This document shows positions 37,217 through 46,858 of a stretch of DNA of 64,000 nucleotides, one piece after another; position 1 is the stretch's first letter, and each line of letters begins with the position of its first letter. Origin of the DNA: Candidatus Heimdallarchaeota archaeon (GTDB lineage: Archaea; Asgardarchaeota; Heimdallarchaeia; Hodarchaeales; Hodarchaeaceae). The notes under the pieces were generated by a model. That model saw nothing but the letters and a program-made list of their open reading frames with translations. It was not told the DNA's origin and did not search any database. The stretch lies in contig RDOB01000005.1 of NCBI GenBank assembly GCA_011364965.1, positions 32,001-96,000 of the forward strand, read 5' to 3'. A program made the translations under genes and the position numbers.

Positions 37217-39406
37217 GTGAAGTTACATATGGTTACAGATAGAAACAAAGTTGACGAGCTATTTAATCAAATTAAATCAATGGACGATTCTGGTAAGTTT
37301 GATGAAGTTAATAAAAAAATAAGTAATTTAACCGAAGAATCTCGTCTTCTCCTTTTTCTGACGCTGGCAAATGAGCAAATAAACCTTTTAAATATATTTA
37401 ATCTTGAAACTGAACTCTGGAAACAAATTAAATTGCTATTCAAGGGAAGTTTCAAAGAATCACTAGATTTGACAATGAATTATAACCTCTCTTTATCAAT
37501 AGGAGAAGTAGCTTTAATCAATTCAATCATTGATCTCGAAGAATATCGTACATTAATACGATTTTTATACACTAGCACTTCTGAATCCGAGAAAATCATA
37601 ACGGCTTTAAACATTTCAATATTGCGGTATTTGAAAGCTCAGTCAATAGATAAAGAAATATTGTTCTTTTTTAGTCGAATGTTGAGATTTATTGGAATAC
37701 CTTTAGCCCAAGTTGAGGATATTAAGGATTTTCTCCAATCAAATTTTCTCGAAGCAAAAGTAAGTATAGCAAATTTCTTGGAGCTTCCTATTTCAACTGT
37801 ACAACGATATCCCCAGTATATTGAGGAAATGGGTGAAAATTTCAATTATGATAACATCGTACCTTCCTTAAAACAGTGGCTCGATAATTCTTCATTATCT
37901 CAAATTGAAACATCAAATTTTCTTCAATTGTCGGAATCTTTAAATTTCAGCAATGTAGACTCTCCTGAAGAATTATTAAGAAGGATGAAAAAAGAATTAG
38001 AAGAAAAGTGTTTGACAAGTCTCCCAATATCTTACCAAACAGTCATTAAACCATATATCCAAACTCTTATACCAAAACAAATTAAACAGAATGAATTAAG
38101 CTCAAACATTCCAAAAGAAATTCTACCCTCATATGTTGAAAAACTAGCTTACTCGTATTCTAGTTCTAAAGATCACGAAATAAAGGTATTTTTCTTAGGT
38201 GGAGCACAAATTGGTTCAACAGGAATCATTATCTCAACCCCAAATTCAAATATACTAATCGATTTTGGAATATCGGTTGCTAATTATCAACTACCTATTT
38301 GGAATGAGAGATTAAATCATTTAGATGCAATTTTAGTGTCTCACGCGCATTTAGACCATTCAGGTGGATTACCATATTTATATGCTCATGGTTACAACGG
38401 TTATGTTTTTGGAAGTGGAATAACAAAGACACTTATTGGTTTATTGATAAAAGATAACATGGAATTAATGAATAAGAATATAACTGAATCAATAAGAACT
38501 TCAGATCATCGATTCCGTTATCTTAGTCAATCCCGTTACTTTTATCAGATGCTGGAAAGCTATCTACCTATTTCTCAAAGTGTGGAGCTCCAAATTACTC
38601 CCGATATTGTAGTAAAAGCATTTAATGCTAATCATATACAAGGATCATTAAGTTATTTGATTGAAACTCACGGTAAAAGTATCTTCTTTAGCGGGGATGT
38701 TAATCTTGGATCATCAGTGTTATTTGGAAATAATAAACTTCATTTACCAACCGATTCTGATTTAACAATAATTGATTCAACATATTATGGACATAAACCA
38801 ATTAATTATTCTAAAAGGGATGAATTATTACAAAGAACCATAAGAGAAGAAAAAAGAGTCATTATCCCAGCATTCAGTGTCGGACGCGCTCAAGAGCTCA
38901 TGATCAAATTAGATGAAATGGGACTTACAAGTCAACGGAAAGTTTCAATGATAGGTATGGCTACTAAAGTAGCAAGAGCAACTGGACTTACCACCAAGGG
39001 CTTTTTAAGTGATTTTCTTGATTCAACATTTGAAGACGAGATCATCATTACTGGAGGAGGAATGTTAAATGGTGGATTTGCAAGAGAACTTGCTGAACAA
39101 ACTAAAGACGATCCTTCAACAGCAATTGTGCTTTGTGGGTATCTAGCCAAAACGACATTAGGTTATCGATTATTAAATAAGCTAGAACCTGAGTACAGGC
39201 AAAAAATCGTTTATACTCGATTTAGTGGCCATTCTTCACATGAGGAATTGTTTAATTATCTGAAGTCGGTATCTGGCCAGAAAGTTCTAGTACATATGGG
39301 TGAATTGACAAAAGGGCCTTTTGAAGAGGATAAAAAACTTCATTCCAAAGCTTTTAAGAATTCTCCAGGATATATTCCACCAATCGGATCATCTATAAGT
39401 ATTTAG
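37217..39406 (+). CDS. Beta-CASP metallo-beta-lactamase ribonuclease with ~320-aa N-terminal extension
   Basis: FLGGA.IG, IDFG, SHAHLDHSG, NHIQGS, FSGD, DSTY, PAFSVGRAQE, FSGH, LVH.GE. Confidence 0.88.
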   Translation: MKLHMVTDRNKVDELFNQIKSMDDSGKFDEVNKKISNLTEESRLLLFLTLANEQINLLNIFNLETELWKQIKLLFKGSFKESLDLTMNYNLSLSIGEVALINSIIDLEEYRTLIRFLYTSTSESEKIITALNISILRYLKAQSIDKEILFFFSRMLRFIGIPLAQVEDIKDFLQSNFLEAKVSIANFLELPISTVQRYPQYIEEMGENFNYDNIVPSLKQWLDNSSLSQIETSNFLQLSESLNFSNVDSPEELLRRMKKELEEKCLTSLPISYQTVIKPYIQTLIPKQIKQNELSSNIPKEILPSYVEKLAYSYSSSKDHEIKVFFLGGAQIGSTGIIISTPNSNILIDFGISVANYQLPIWNERLNHLDAILVSHAHLDHSGGLPYLYAHGYNGYVFGSGITKTLIGLLIKDNMELMNKNITESIRTSDHRFRYLSQSRYFYQMLESYLPISQSVELQITPDIVVKAFNANHIQGSLSYLIETHGKSIFFSGDVNLGSSVLFGNNKLHLPTDSDLTIIDSTYYGHKPINYSKRDELLQRTIREEKRVIIPAFSVGRAQELMIKLDEMGLTSQRKVSMIGMATKVARATGLTTKGFLSDFLDSTFEDEIIITGGGMLNGGFARELAEQTKDDPSTAIVLCGYLAKTTLGYRLLNKLEPEYRQKIVYTRFSGHSSHEELFNYLKSVSGQKVLVHMGELTKGPFEEDKKLHSKAFKNSPGYIPPIGSSISI

Positions 39407-39410
39407 TACA

Positions 39411-40238
39411 TTAGTAATAATGATGCTCTTTCCTATGTTTCAATGAATCGAAACTTTTTTTTGCTTCATCTAAGCTTTCTGGGTCTAATGCCATATGTAG
39501 AACCGATTCAGACTCATCTCCTTCAATAAGGATGTTACCACTTGGATCAATGATTCTTGAATAACCAAAAAATTTCGCTCCTCCCCCTGATTTGGGATCT
39601 TTTCCGACTCTATTTACTCCGCATATGTAAATTTGATTCTCTATTGCTCTTGCTTGTAATAAACACTTCCATGCTATCCTACGTGGGTCTGGAAATTCTG
39701 CTAAATAAAAGAGGATTTCTGCACCAGATTTAGCCAGAAGACGACTGATCTCAGGGAATCTTATATCAAAGCATATTAAAACTCCAATTTTCCCCCATTC
39801 TAATTCAAATATTGGTTTTTCAGATAAAAATCCTCCTTCAGTGAGTACTTTTGTTTCATCTAAAGGATTTAGAGGAAAAAGATGAATTTTCCTGTATTTT
39901 CCAATAAATTCCCCCTTACGGTTTATAATTACAGCAGTATTATAATAAAATCCAGTTTCGTGTTCGATATAGCTAGCAACCACCGCAGCGTCAAACTTTA
40001 TGGCCAATTTTTTGAGATAATCCGTTGTGAGTCCCTTTGGGATATTTTCTGCATGTTTTTTATGATTTTGGAGATCGTAGCCTGTTGAAAATAATTCTGG
40101 GAGTGCAATAACTCGAAAAACATCAGGATTTGCCTTTAAATTAGCTTCTGTTAATAAATTAACAACTTTCTGGTAATTCGCGGCCTTATTTCCAAATTTC
40201 ACAAACATTTGCACAAGAAAAACATCAAGAGATTTCAT
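39411..40238 (-). CDS. Carbon-nitrogen hydrolase (nitrilase family)
   Basis: LPELF, YRKIHLF, ICFDIRFPE (E-K-C triad), ARAIENQ; ATG 40238 avoids overlap with the upstream gene. Confidence 0.92.
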   Translation of the reverse strand: MKSLDVFLVQMFVKFGNKAANYQKVVNLLTEANLKANPDVFRVIALPELFSTGYDLQNHKKHAENIPKGLTTDYLKKLAIKFDAAVVASYIEHETGFYYNTAVIINRKGEFIGKYRKIHLFPLNPLDETKVLTEGGFLSEKPIFELEWGKIGVLICFDIRFPEISRLLAKSGAEILFYLAEFPDPRRIAWKCLLQARAIENQIYICGVNRVGKDPKSGGGAKFFGYSRIIDPSGNILIEGDESESVLHMALDPESLDEAKKSFDSLKHRKEHHYY

Positions 40239-40248
40239 TTCTAATGCA

Positions 40249-41139
40249 TTACTGAGTCTCTTCGATTGGACCCTTTCTTTTCTGGTATTCATAAACTAGA
40301 TAAAAGATAACACCTGCTCCTGCAACTGAGGCCAGAATCTCCATCAATGCTTGTGATAAAGTTTCGTATACAAATTCGGCCTGAAAAACGAAGAGGAAAA
40401 AATCCCAAAAGCCATGGATAGAAATCGGCAAGATTAAATTATATTTTGTAATTTTGAAAGTATAAGAAAGGCTAAGTCCAATAGAGAAAGCACTAAAAAG
40501 GATAGCTACCATGCTAAATAGATTTCCTCCTGGAGCGAAAAGCGAAAAATGGAGCAATCCAAAGAGGAAAGCTGAGATGACCGCAGAAGTTTGAAATGAA
40601 TAAGAAGTTTGTAAAATTCTTTGTATATAACCTCGGAAGAGTAATTCTTCGCCCATTCCGATAGCTATTACTGTCACAAAGAGAGTTAGAACTATTCCGA
40701 TAAGGTCTAAAAGCCCTGAAAAAGTTACTATTCCGAACAATAATTCTAAAATTACTGTTGGTATTAAAGCTACGAAAGCAATGGGAATTCCGATTAAGAG
40801 CCATTCAATTCCCTTTTTTTCGTCCCATTCGAGGCCCACAGCTTTCATTTGCAAGCGATCGAACCTTAGAAAGAAATATACCAATCCCACTCCTACTACC
40901 CCATTCATAGCTCGGATGATATTGTTACTTAGGGTTTCAGGGAGAGATGTACCATTGAAAAATACGGTTTCTATTAATGGAAGAACAAATGATTGTAAAG
41001 AGAAGATCAAAACAGTGCAAATTGCAAAGAACAAGATTATACGTATCCATAAATCGCTTAATGCGTATTTTCTCATATTTACAGCCTCTGATTGTTGTTT
41101 GTAATGGTTTAATCGTGTTGACAGTGAGAACAAGTTCAT
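40249..41139 (-). CDS. CPBP family intramembrane glutamic endopeptidase (CAAX protease-like)
   Basis: EELLFRG, FGLLH, HGFWD; multi-TM; start may be downstream at MRKY. Confidence 0.9.
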   Translation of the reverse strand: MNLFSLSTRLNHYKQQSEAVNMRKYALSDLWIRIILFFAICTVLIFSLQSFVLPLIETVFFNGTSLPETLSNNIIRAMNGVVGVGLVYFFLRFDRLQMKAVGLEWDEKKGIEWLLIGIPIAFVALIPTVILELLFGIVTFSGLLDLIGIVLTLFVTVIAIGMGEELLFRGYIQRILQTSYSFQTSAVISAFLFGLLHFSLFAPGGNLFSMVAILFSAFSIGLSLSYTFKITKYNLILPISIHGFWDFFLFVFQAEFVYETLSQALMEILASVAGAGVIFYLVYEYQKRKGPIEETQ

Positions 41140-41428
41140 TATGATGAATTCTGTTTCAAATTTGATAGCAACAGTGGATTGGAACTAGGAATATTAAAGG
41201 GTAACTAGGAAAACTCACAGCTTATATTAAACATTTCCTGTTTAATCAGCTGGATTTTTGACGATTTAGGAGTGTTTAGTATATTTCAAAAGGAAATCAA
41301 ACAAACATTCTGTGATTTTGATCCAAATTGGAATGAATGGACTTAGGGGTTAGATCTGAAGTGATTTTCACTGTCAGTTTCGATAGATTTTAAAAGAAGC
41401 AGAGTAATAGAGAATGTAGTGAAAGGTT

Positions 41429-43000
41429 GTGGTCGCAACATTCCTTCCTTTTATCGGTTTAACAATTGGTGCTCTAATAAAACAAGTCTTAGCGGATTAT
41501 ACTGCTGACATAGCAAAGAAGAAACTTGCAAATTCGTTTTTGATTGAAAGAATAGATGATAAACTCGAGAAAAAGCTTGGAAAAGATTATTTAAAGAAGA
41601 GGCTCTCTGATCATAATTTGGAACTGGTAAGAAAAGTTTTACATGAAGAATTAAGCGCATTTTCACCTCGAAAAGATATTGATCAACTAGTAGTTAATAG
41701 TTTGAGAGCCCTATCAGATGAGCATCAAGAAATATTATTACGATTGGATAATGTGGAATCACTGCTTGAGAAAATTGCAATCCCTTTGTCTTATACTGCA
41801 CGTAAAGAATTTGGCGATGAAGTACCAGAGGAATTACTATCAGGACTATTGGAAGGAAGTTTGAAGGGAACTGAGTCTTCAAAAAGAGTTTTATCGGAGT
41901 TAACGGAAAAGCAGAAAATTCCCGAAACATTAATGAATACGATTTCTGAATATCAATTTCTCTCTCGCATCACACAAGAGAACGAAACTGAAATCTCCAG
42001 ACTAGCAAAGAAATTTTCCAAATCTCCTGATGAGATAAATAACTTAAGTACCCTGATGGAAATTTCCACTCTATTAACAGGATCCGAGGAGAAAATCGAT
42101 AATATTGTCTCTGAATTTGTGTTCAAGTTAATAGCGGACGGGCTAGATAATGCATTAATTGAGGATTCCGTCATTTCTTTTTGTTTTCTTGTTCATCGAC
42201 TTGGAAAGATTGATTTACTCTCCCAAAGTGATAAATTGATTCTAAATTCATTTTTAAGGAAATCTTTAACGCATATCGATGACCCCACTCGAATGTTAGA
42301 AGCATATTTTCTCTTATCCTCAATGAATATGGTTTTTGATATTGACCAAGATTTCATTATAGATGTAGTAAAGGAGCACCAAAGACGAGGATTCGATTCT
42401 AGCCTACAGATGAAAGGACAGCTTAAAATCAACAATAAACTTGCAAGATTTCTAAAGAAAATTGGATTTAAATCCGCCTATAAAGCAGAAACATCCTTTA
42501 AGACGGTGAATTACCTCATTCGGAAACTAGAAAAACGGAAGTTTGCAAGGAGTACTCAACTACTTAAATTCCAGCTTGAAAGATTAACAAGTGAAATTAA
42601 CCTACTAATAATATTCTTTGAGAAACAGGAACCGACTAAAATTGATCTGACCGAGCTAATTGAGCTTCTTCAAACTCTTTTAGAGATATTAAATCAACCT
42701 AATATTTATAAACTCGATCTAGAGACCCAAAAACGAGTAGTTGAGACGATGGATGCTACTTGTTATCTTTATGATTTATGTGCAATACGAAATTCTTGGA
42801 ATTTACTAACAAATTACGAAATGAATGTTAAATCTGTTTATTCACCGACATTAGGTGAATATAAGCGAGTAACGAAAGATGAAGCGGCTTTTAATCTTTC
42901 ACTTAATGAGTACTCTCGTGATCGATTAAAAAAGATCGAACAAGATTTACCAAGCCCTCCTAAGAAGCCTATTAAGCAGAAAGTGAAAAGATCAGGGTAA
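41429..43000 (+). CDS. Hypothetical alpha-helical protein
   Basis: 523-aa ORF, Leu/Glu/Lys-rich, hydrophobic N-terminal helix; no family recognised. Confidence 0.7.
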   Translation: MVATFLPFIGLTIGALIKQVLADYTADIAKKKLANSFLIERIDDKLEKKLGKDYLKKRLSDHNLELVRKVLHEELSAFSPRKDIDQLVVNSLRALSDEHQEILLRLDNVESLLEKIAIPLSYTARKEFGDEVPEELLSGLLEGSLKGTESSKRVLSELTEKQKIPETLMNTISEYQFLSRITQENETEISRLAKKFSKSPDEINNLSTLMEISTLLTGSEEKIDNIVSEFVFKLIADGLDNALIEDSVISFCFLVHRLGKIDLLSQSDKLILNSFLRKSLTHIDDPTRMLEAYFLLSSMNMVFDIDQDFIIDVVKEHQRRGFDSSLQMKGQLKINNKLARFLKKIGFKSAYKAETSFKTVNYLIRKLEKRKFARSTQLLKFQLERLTSEINLLIIFFEKQEPTKIDLTELIELLQTLLEILNQPNIYKLDLETQKRVVETMDATCYLYDLCAIRNSWNLLTNYEMNVKSVYSPTLGEYKRVTKDEAAFNLSLNEYSRDRLKKIEQDLPSPPKKPIKQKVKRSG

Positions 43001-43269
43001 AATCGCTTGATTTTTCCAAAATCAGCAATTTAGAGGAAATGATTTCTTAAGCTTGATTTTTAGAGCATTCTTGATATTTGATCTCATCAAAATGAATATA
43101 TTTTTAACAACCATTATAGGAAAAAAACGTAAACGAAATTTATTATCTTCTCTCTAATAAAACTGAAATACCAAAATTGTTAAACCATCGGGGCGATGCC
43201 TTCTTCAAAATCATTGAGAAAAGTGTAATCGTTACACCTGAAGATATTTTCCCAGCTCGGTGTGAATCA

Positions 43270-44295
43270 ATGCTAATTAATGGAATCGTATTGTCAGTAA
43301 TGGCTGATACAGGTCCTGTAACTGAGATAAATCTTTCAAAGTTAGATGAAACAAGTACGATGAAGCTTTCGATAAGTTTAATGACTGCTCTTGGTCTCGG
43401 GGAAAGCCAAGATCAGCTAAATCAACTTCATGGATCATTTCCAGTTCCAGGTAGAAAAGAATTAGCATTAGCATTCCCTTTCACAGTTGCGGGTGAAACT
43501 TCTAGCGATCCCCGTATTCAAGCGTCAGGAAGATACTGTACATTATTCCTCTTATTCACAAGAGAAAATAAGACTCGTATTTTATCATTCCATGGATTAA
43601 TCGAACAGATACTCGGAAATAGATTAAGATCGGTAAGAAAACAAGAAGAATTAGATATTAATTTAATGAAAGAAATATATACAGAGCTTGAGAGTCTAAT
43701 AAAGACTCGTGAGGGACAAAGTCCCCCTATTGCTATCAAGCAATCATCAGCAAATCTAGAACAACTTCGTGTCGACCAAGAAAAGCAACAGATATTATCT
43801 AGCCTTATAAGAGACATAACCCAGGTACAGACTTCACTCACAAGACTCTTAGACGAATTAATGGTCTTTACTGATACTCCAGTTCTTGAAGGTGCTTTTT
43901 ATATGCGTCCAAATATCCGGCCCGAGGAATTTCTAAAAATCTTACCTCTCATTGTACGATATGAGAAAATCCTCAGTCGTTTGGATGGGGAAGATCTCGG
44001 AACTGTTAGAGAGATTGTAGAGATATCAACTCTTGTACGAGTTGGAAATCTCTTTTATTGGAAAGCAATAAGCTCTCAACAGACTTTAGAATATGAGAAG
44101 GCAATAGAGTTTTATATACGAGCTAATCAATTAAAAGATGATTCTATATTATATTTAACAATAGGATCTATCTATAGAAAACTTTCTCGGTCCGAGGAAG
44201 CAAAAGATTGGATTGAAGGGGGATTCTCGCGAATGAGGAAAAGAGGAGAATCTATTAGAATTTCAAGAAATATGCTCTTTGGCGATATTAAATAA
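43270..44295 (+). CDS. uDENN/longin-like domain + coiled coil + TPR protein
   Basis: GIVLSVMADTGP and DPRIQASGR..LFLLF motifs; C-term YEKAIEFYIRA...LYLTIGSIYRKL..EEAKDW TPR; ATG 43270 after GGTG (ORF track start 43177). Confidence 0.65.
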   Translation: MLINGIVLSVMADTGPVTEINLSKLDETSTMKLSISLMTALGLGESQDQLNQLHGSFPVPGRKELALAFPFTVAGETSSDPRIQASGRYCTLFLLFTRENKTRILSFHGLIEQILGNRLRSVRKQEELDINLMKEIYTELESLIKTREGQSPPIAIKQSSANLEQLRVDQEKQQILSSLIRDITQVQTSLTRLLDELMVFTDTPVLEGAFYMRPNIRPEEFLKILPLIVRYEKILSRLDGEDLGTVREIVEISTLVRVGNLFYWKAISSQQTLEYEKAIEFYIRANQLKDDSILYLTIGSIYRKLSRSEEAKDWIEGGFSRMRKRGESIRISRNMLFGDIK

Positions 44296-44316
44296 AAAAG
44301 TGATAGAGAAGTTATT

Positions 44317-45558
44317 TCAATCTCTATTTCGTTTTTGGGGTAAGCTGTTCTCATTGGGTTTTGCAAAACCCATTTCTTTTGCCAGTTCCATGAAAGGGAG
44401 AACCATTTGCGCAATAGATCGATAAGCATCCTGTCCTTCTCCAAGAAGAATCATTTTGTCAACATCGATATTCTTAAATATTTCAGGAAGTATATCAATA
44501 GTTTTAAGTTGAATATACTTTTCATCAGCTTGACTGAGAGCTTTTGCTTGTTCTAAAATACCTTCGGCCAACGCTATCTGTGTTTGTCTAATTTTAGCTG
44601 CTTCTCCTTCTGCTTCCGCCAACAGTCGATCCTTTCGGGCTAATGCTTCTTGCCGTATTCGCTCTGCTTCTACTCCTACTTCCTGTGTTACCCGCAAGAA
44701 CTTCTCTGCTTCTGCTTGTATTTGTTTTTGCTTTCTTTCAGTTTCTGCTGCAATAACTGCTCGTTCTTGCTCTAATTCCGCTATTTTTATTTCACGATCT
44801 TTGGCTTTTCTTTCAATAGATAACTTTACTTCTTGATCAGATTGTCCAGTTTTTTGTTTTACTTCCAAATTTCGTAGTTGAACTAGTTCTTCCATCTCAG
44901 CTTGACGTAACTGGGCTCTCTGTGATTCCTCAATTTTTTTAACTGCCTCTAAATTATCTTTAAGTCGTCTATCAAGAACCTCAACATCTCTGATTTCTAC
45001 TGATTCTACTGTAATACCCCAATCACCTGCAAGAGCATGTAGTTCACTTGTAACGTTTTTTATAATTTCTATACGATTACGGATAATCTGCTCGATTTTC
45101 ATATTTGCACATGTTGTCCTGATAATGGCTTCAGTTGCATTTTTTATTGCTTTTTCTATATAATCAGATCTTTGTGGATTCCAACTTACTTTAGAAAACG
45201 ATACTTCAGGATCGGAGACTCTCCAGTAAACAAAAGCAGTAAGTGCCACATCCTGGTACTCATATGATACTACTTTCTCTTTTGCTTCCAGTAAAGTTTG
45301 TTGAACGGTGGTGGGAATGACAATGACTTCATCAAATATTGGCCACAAAATAACAGTACCACCAGTGCCTGCTCGTTTAATTTTACCGCGCCTAAAGTGT
45401 ATCACATATTCATTAGTTTTGTATTTTCGATAACGCGAAACATAGAAAATTATAAACATTAAAACTAGCACAAATACTAGTACAAAAGCTAACCAAAGGC
45501 TATCCAGTAGGATATTGCCCGTTTGTAGGAAAATAAAATTTTGCACTTTATCTTTCAC
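44317..45558 (-). CDS. SPFH/flotillin-like protein
   Basis: N-terminal TM, SPFH core (EAIIRT, WGITVESVEIRDV), Ala/Glu-rich coiled-coil tail (AEAEGEA). Confidence 0.92.
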   Translation of the reverse strand: MKDKVQNFIFLQTGNILLDSLWLAFVLVFVLVLMFIIFYVSRYRKYKTNEYVIHFRRGKIKRAGTGGTVILWPIFDEVIVIPTTVQQTLLEAKEKVVSYEYQDVALTAFVYWRVSDPEVSFSKVSWNPQRSDYIEKAIKNATEAIIRTTCANMKIEQIIRNRIEIIKNVTSELHALAGDWGITVESVEIRDVEVLDRRLKDNLEAVKKIEESQRAQLRQAEMEELVQLRNLEVKQKTGQSDQEVKLSIERKAKDREIKIAELEQERAVIAAETERKQKQIQAEAEKFLRVTQEVGVEAERIRQEALARKDRLLAEAEGEAAKIRQTQIALAEGILEQAKALSQADEKYIQLKTIDILPEIFKNIDVDKMILLGEGQDAYRSIAQMVLPFMELAKEMGFAKPNENSLPQKRNRD

Positions 45559-45578
45559 CTTTTAAATAATATTACATT

Positions 45579-46364
45579 TTAGTCCCATTTTATGCTACCT
45601 TCGGGAATAGGCCTTTCTTTACTATCCGAGGACGGCCATTCATCGATAATTAGAATATTTCCTTTGATATCTGCAACATAGGCAGTCATATCTTTTGCAA
45701 TTACTCCATATTTAGTTTTAGCAGCCATTTTGCTTGGCCCATGAATCGAGGAAGTCTTTATTAATACTAGTCCCCCTTGAATGTCAACATTCGTTAAAGT
45801 TTTTACTTGGTCATCAACTTTAATGGTTTGTAGAGCAGTTTCATATATTTCTTCAACTGCAAGTTTACCCCAAGCCTTTGAAGTAACGTATGTAACCCCA
45901 ATAGGTAGGATTATTATTATTACGATTGATAAGATTGGGTTTAAACCAGAATCAAGAAAAATCATGCCAGATCCTCCAAAAGTGATCATAAATGTTCCCA
46001 AGAGGAGCATGAGAGGAGTAGGAGTGGTTGAACTAATATCGTGACTGATATCTTTATCAATCCCAACATCTTTATCGATATGAAAACTTAAATCTTTATC
46101 CAGTCCAATGCTAACATCACTATCAACATCTACATCCATATCGGCATCAATATCAACATCTGAATCGATTTCTATTCCAGCATGGTCAATTGAGACATCA
46201 TGACCTAGATCATGATCAAAGTCAGCATCATGATCAAATAAGTGGCTACCTTGTACAAACAATGTAAGAAAGAATATGATTAGACCAGAAATAAGACTTC
46301 CAAAGCAAATTTGCTTCAAGATATAGATAAATAACTCTAAATTGACCATTGCCATGACTCTCAA
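45579..46364 (-). CDS. NfeD-like (YuaF/YqiJ-type) membrane partner of flotillin with Asp/His-rich insert
   Basis: TM, D/H-rich loop, TM pair (FGGSG), OB-fold-like C-terminus; directly upstream of the SPFH gene. Confidence 0.8.
   Translation of the reverse strand: MRVMAMVNLELFIYILKQICFGSLISGLIIFFLTLFVQGSHLFDHDADFDHDLGHDVSIDHAGIEIDSDVDIDADMDVDVDSDVSIGLDKDLSFHIDKDVGIDKDISHDISSTTPTPLMLLLGTFMITFGGSGMIFLDSGLNPILSIVIIIILPIGVTYVTSKAWGKLAVEEIYETALQTIKVDDQVKTLTNVDIQGGLVLIKTSSIHGPSKMAAKTKYGVIAKDMTAYVADIKGNILIIDEWPSSDSKERPIPEGSIKWD
46032..46235 (-). repeat. Low-complexity (D-x)n / DHD / DKD coding repeat
   Basis: DHDADFDHDLGHDVSIDH...DSDVDIDADMDVDVDSD...DKDLSFHIDKDVGIDKDISHD. Confidence 0.8.
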
Positions 46365-46858
46365 GCTTTAAGTAACCTTTGTACTTTTTATATATTATGA
46401 TGTCAGAACCTTAACGACAATCTTCTAAGGAGAATAAGGCGCATTTTAAAAATATATAAGGGTAAGTAAGTTTATTACGAAAAAATCAATAAATTATTGA
46501 AATATATTATTCAAAATATCTTAGTTTCATACTAAGTAGGATCTGGAAAAGACTGAACAACGCTTTCGTGAAATAGTGGGAGATTTTAGTATTATAGAAA
46601 TTTTTAAGACTTAATTATTGAAGTTTTGTCAAATAAAGGTGATTGAGAAGATATAATGACCTACCCATCTAGATCATAGGGGTGAACGTTATTTTCCCGA
46701 TACCTTCTTAAAGGAGGAAATAAACCTATTATACCGGCAATAAGCTAAAAATCTTTATTATTCGAAGGTAAATCTACGTAGGTTGGTAAAAAAGCAACAT
46801 TTCTATGTGAGTTAGGATACTCTCTGTAACAGATAGATGTCCAGAATCAGGGATCATT

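Noticed and set aside
40249-41139. Abortive-infection defence gene
   Set aside because: The Abi label for CPBP proteases is historical; there is no defence context
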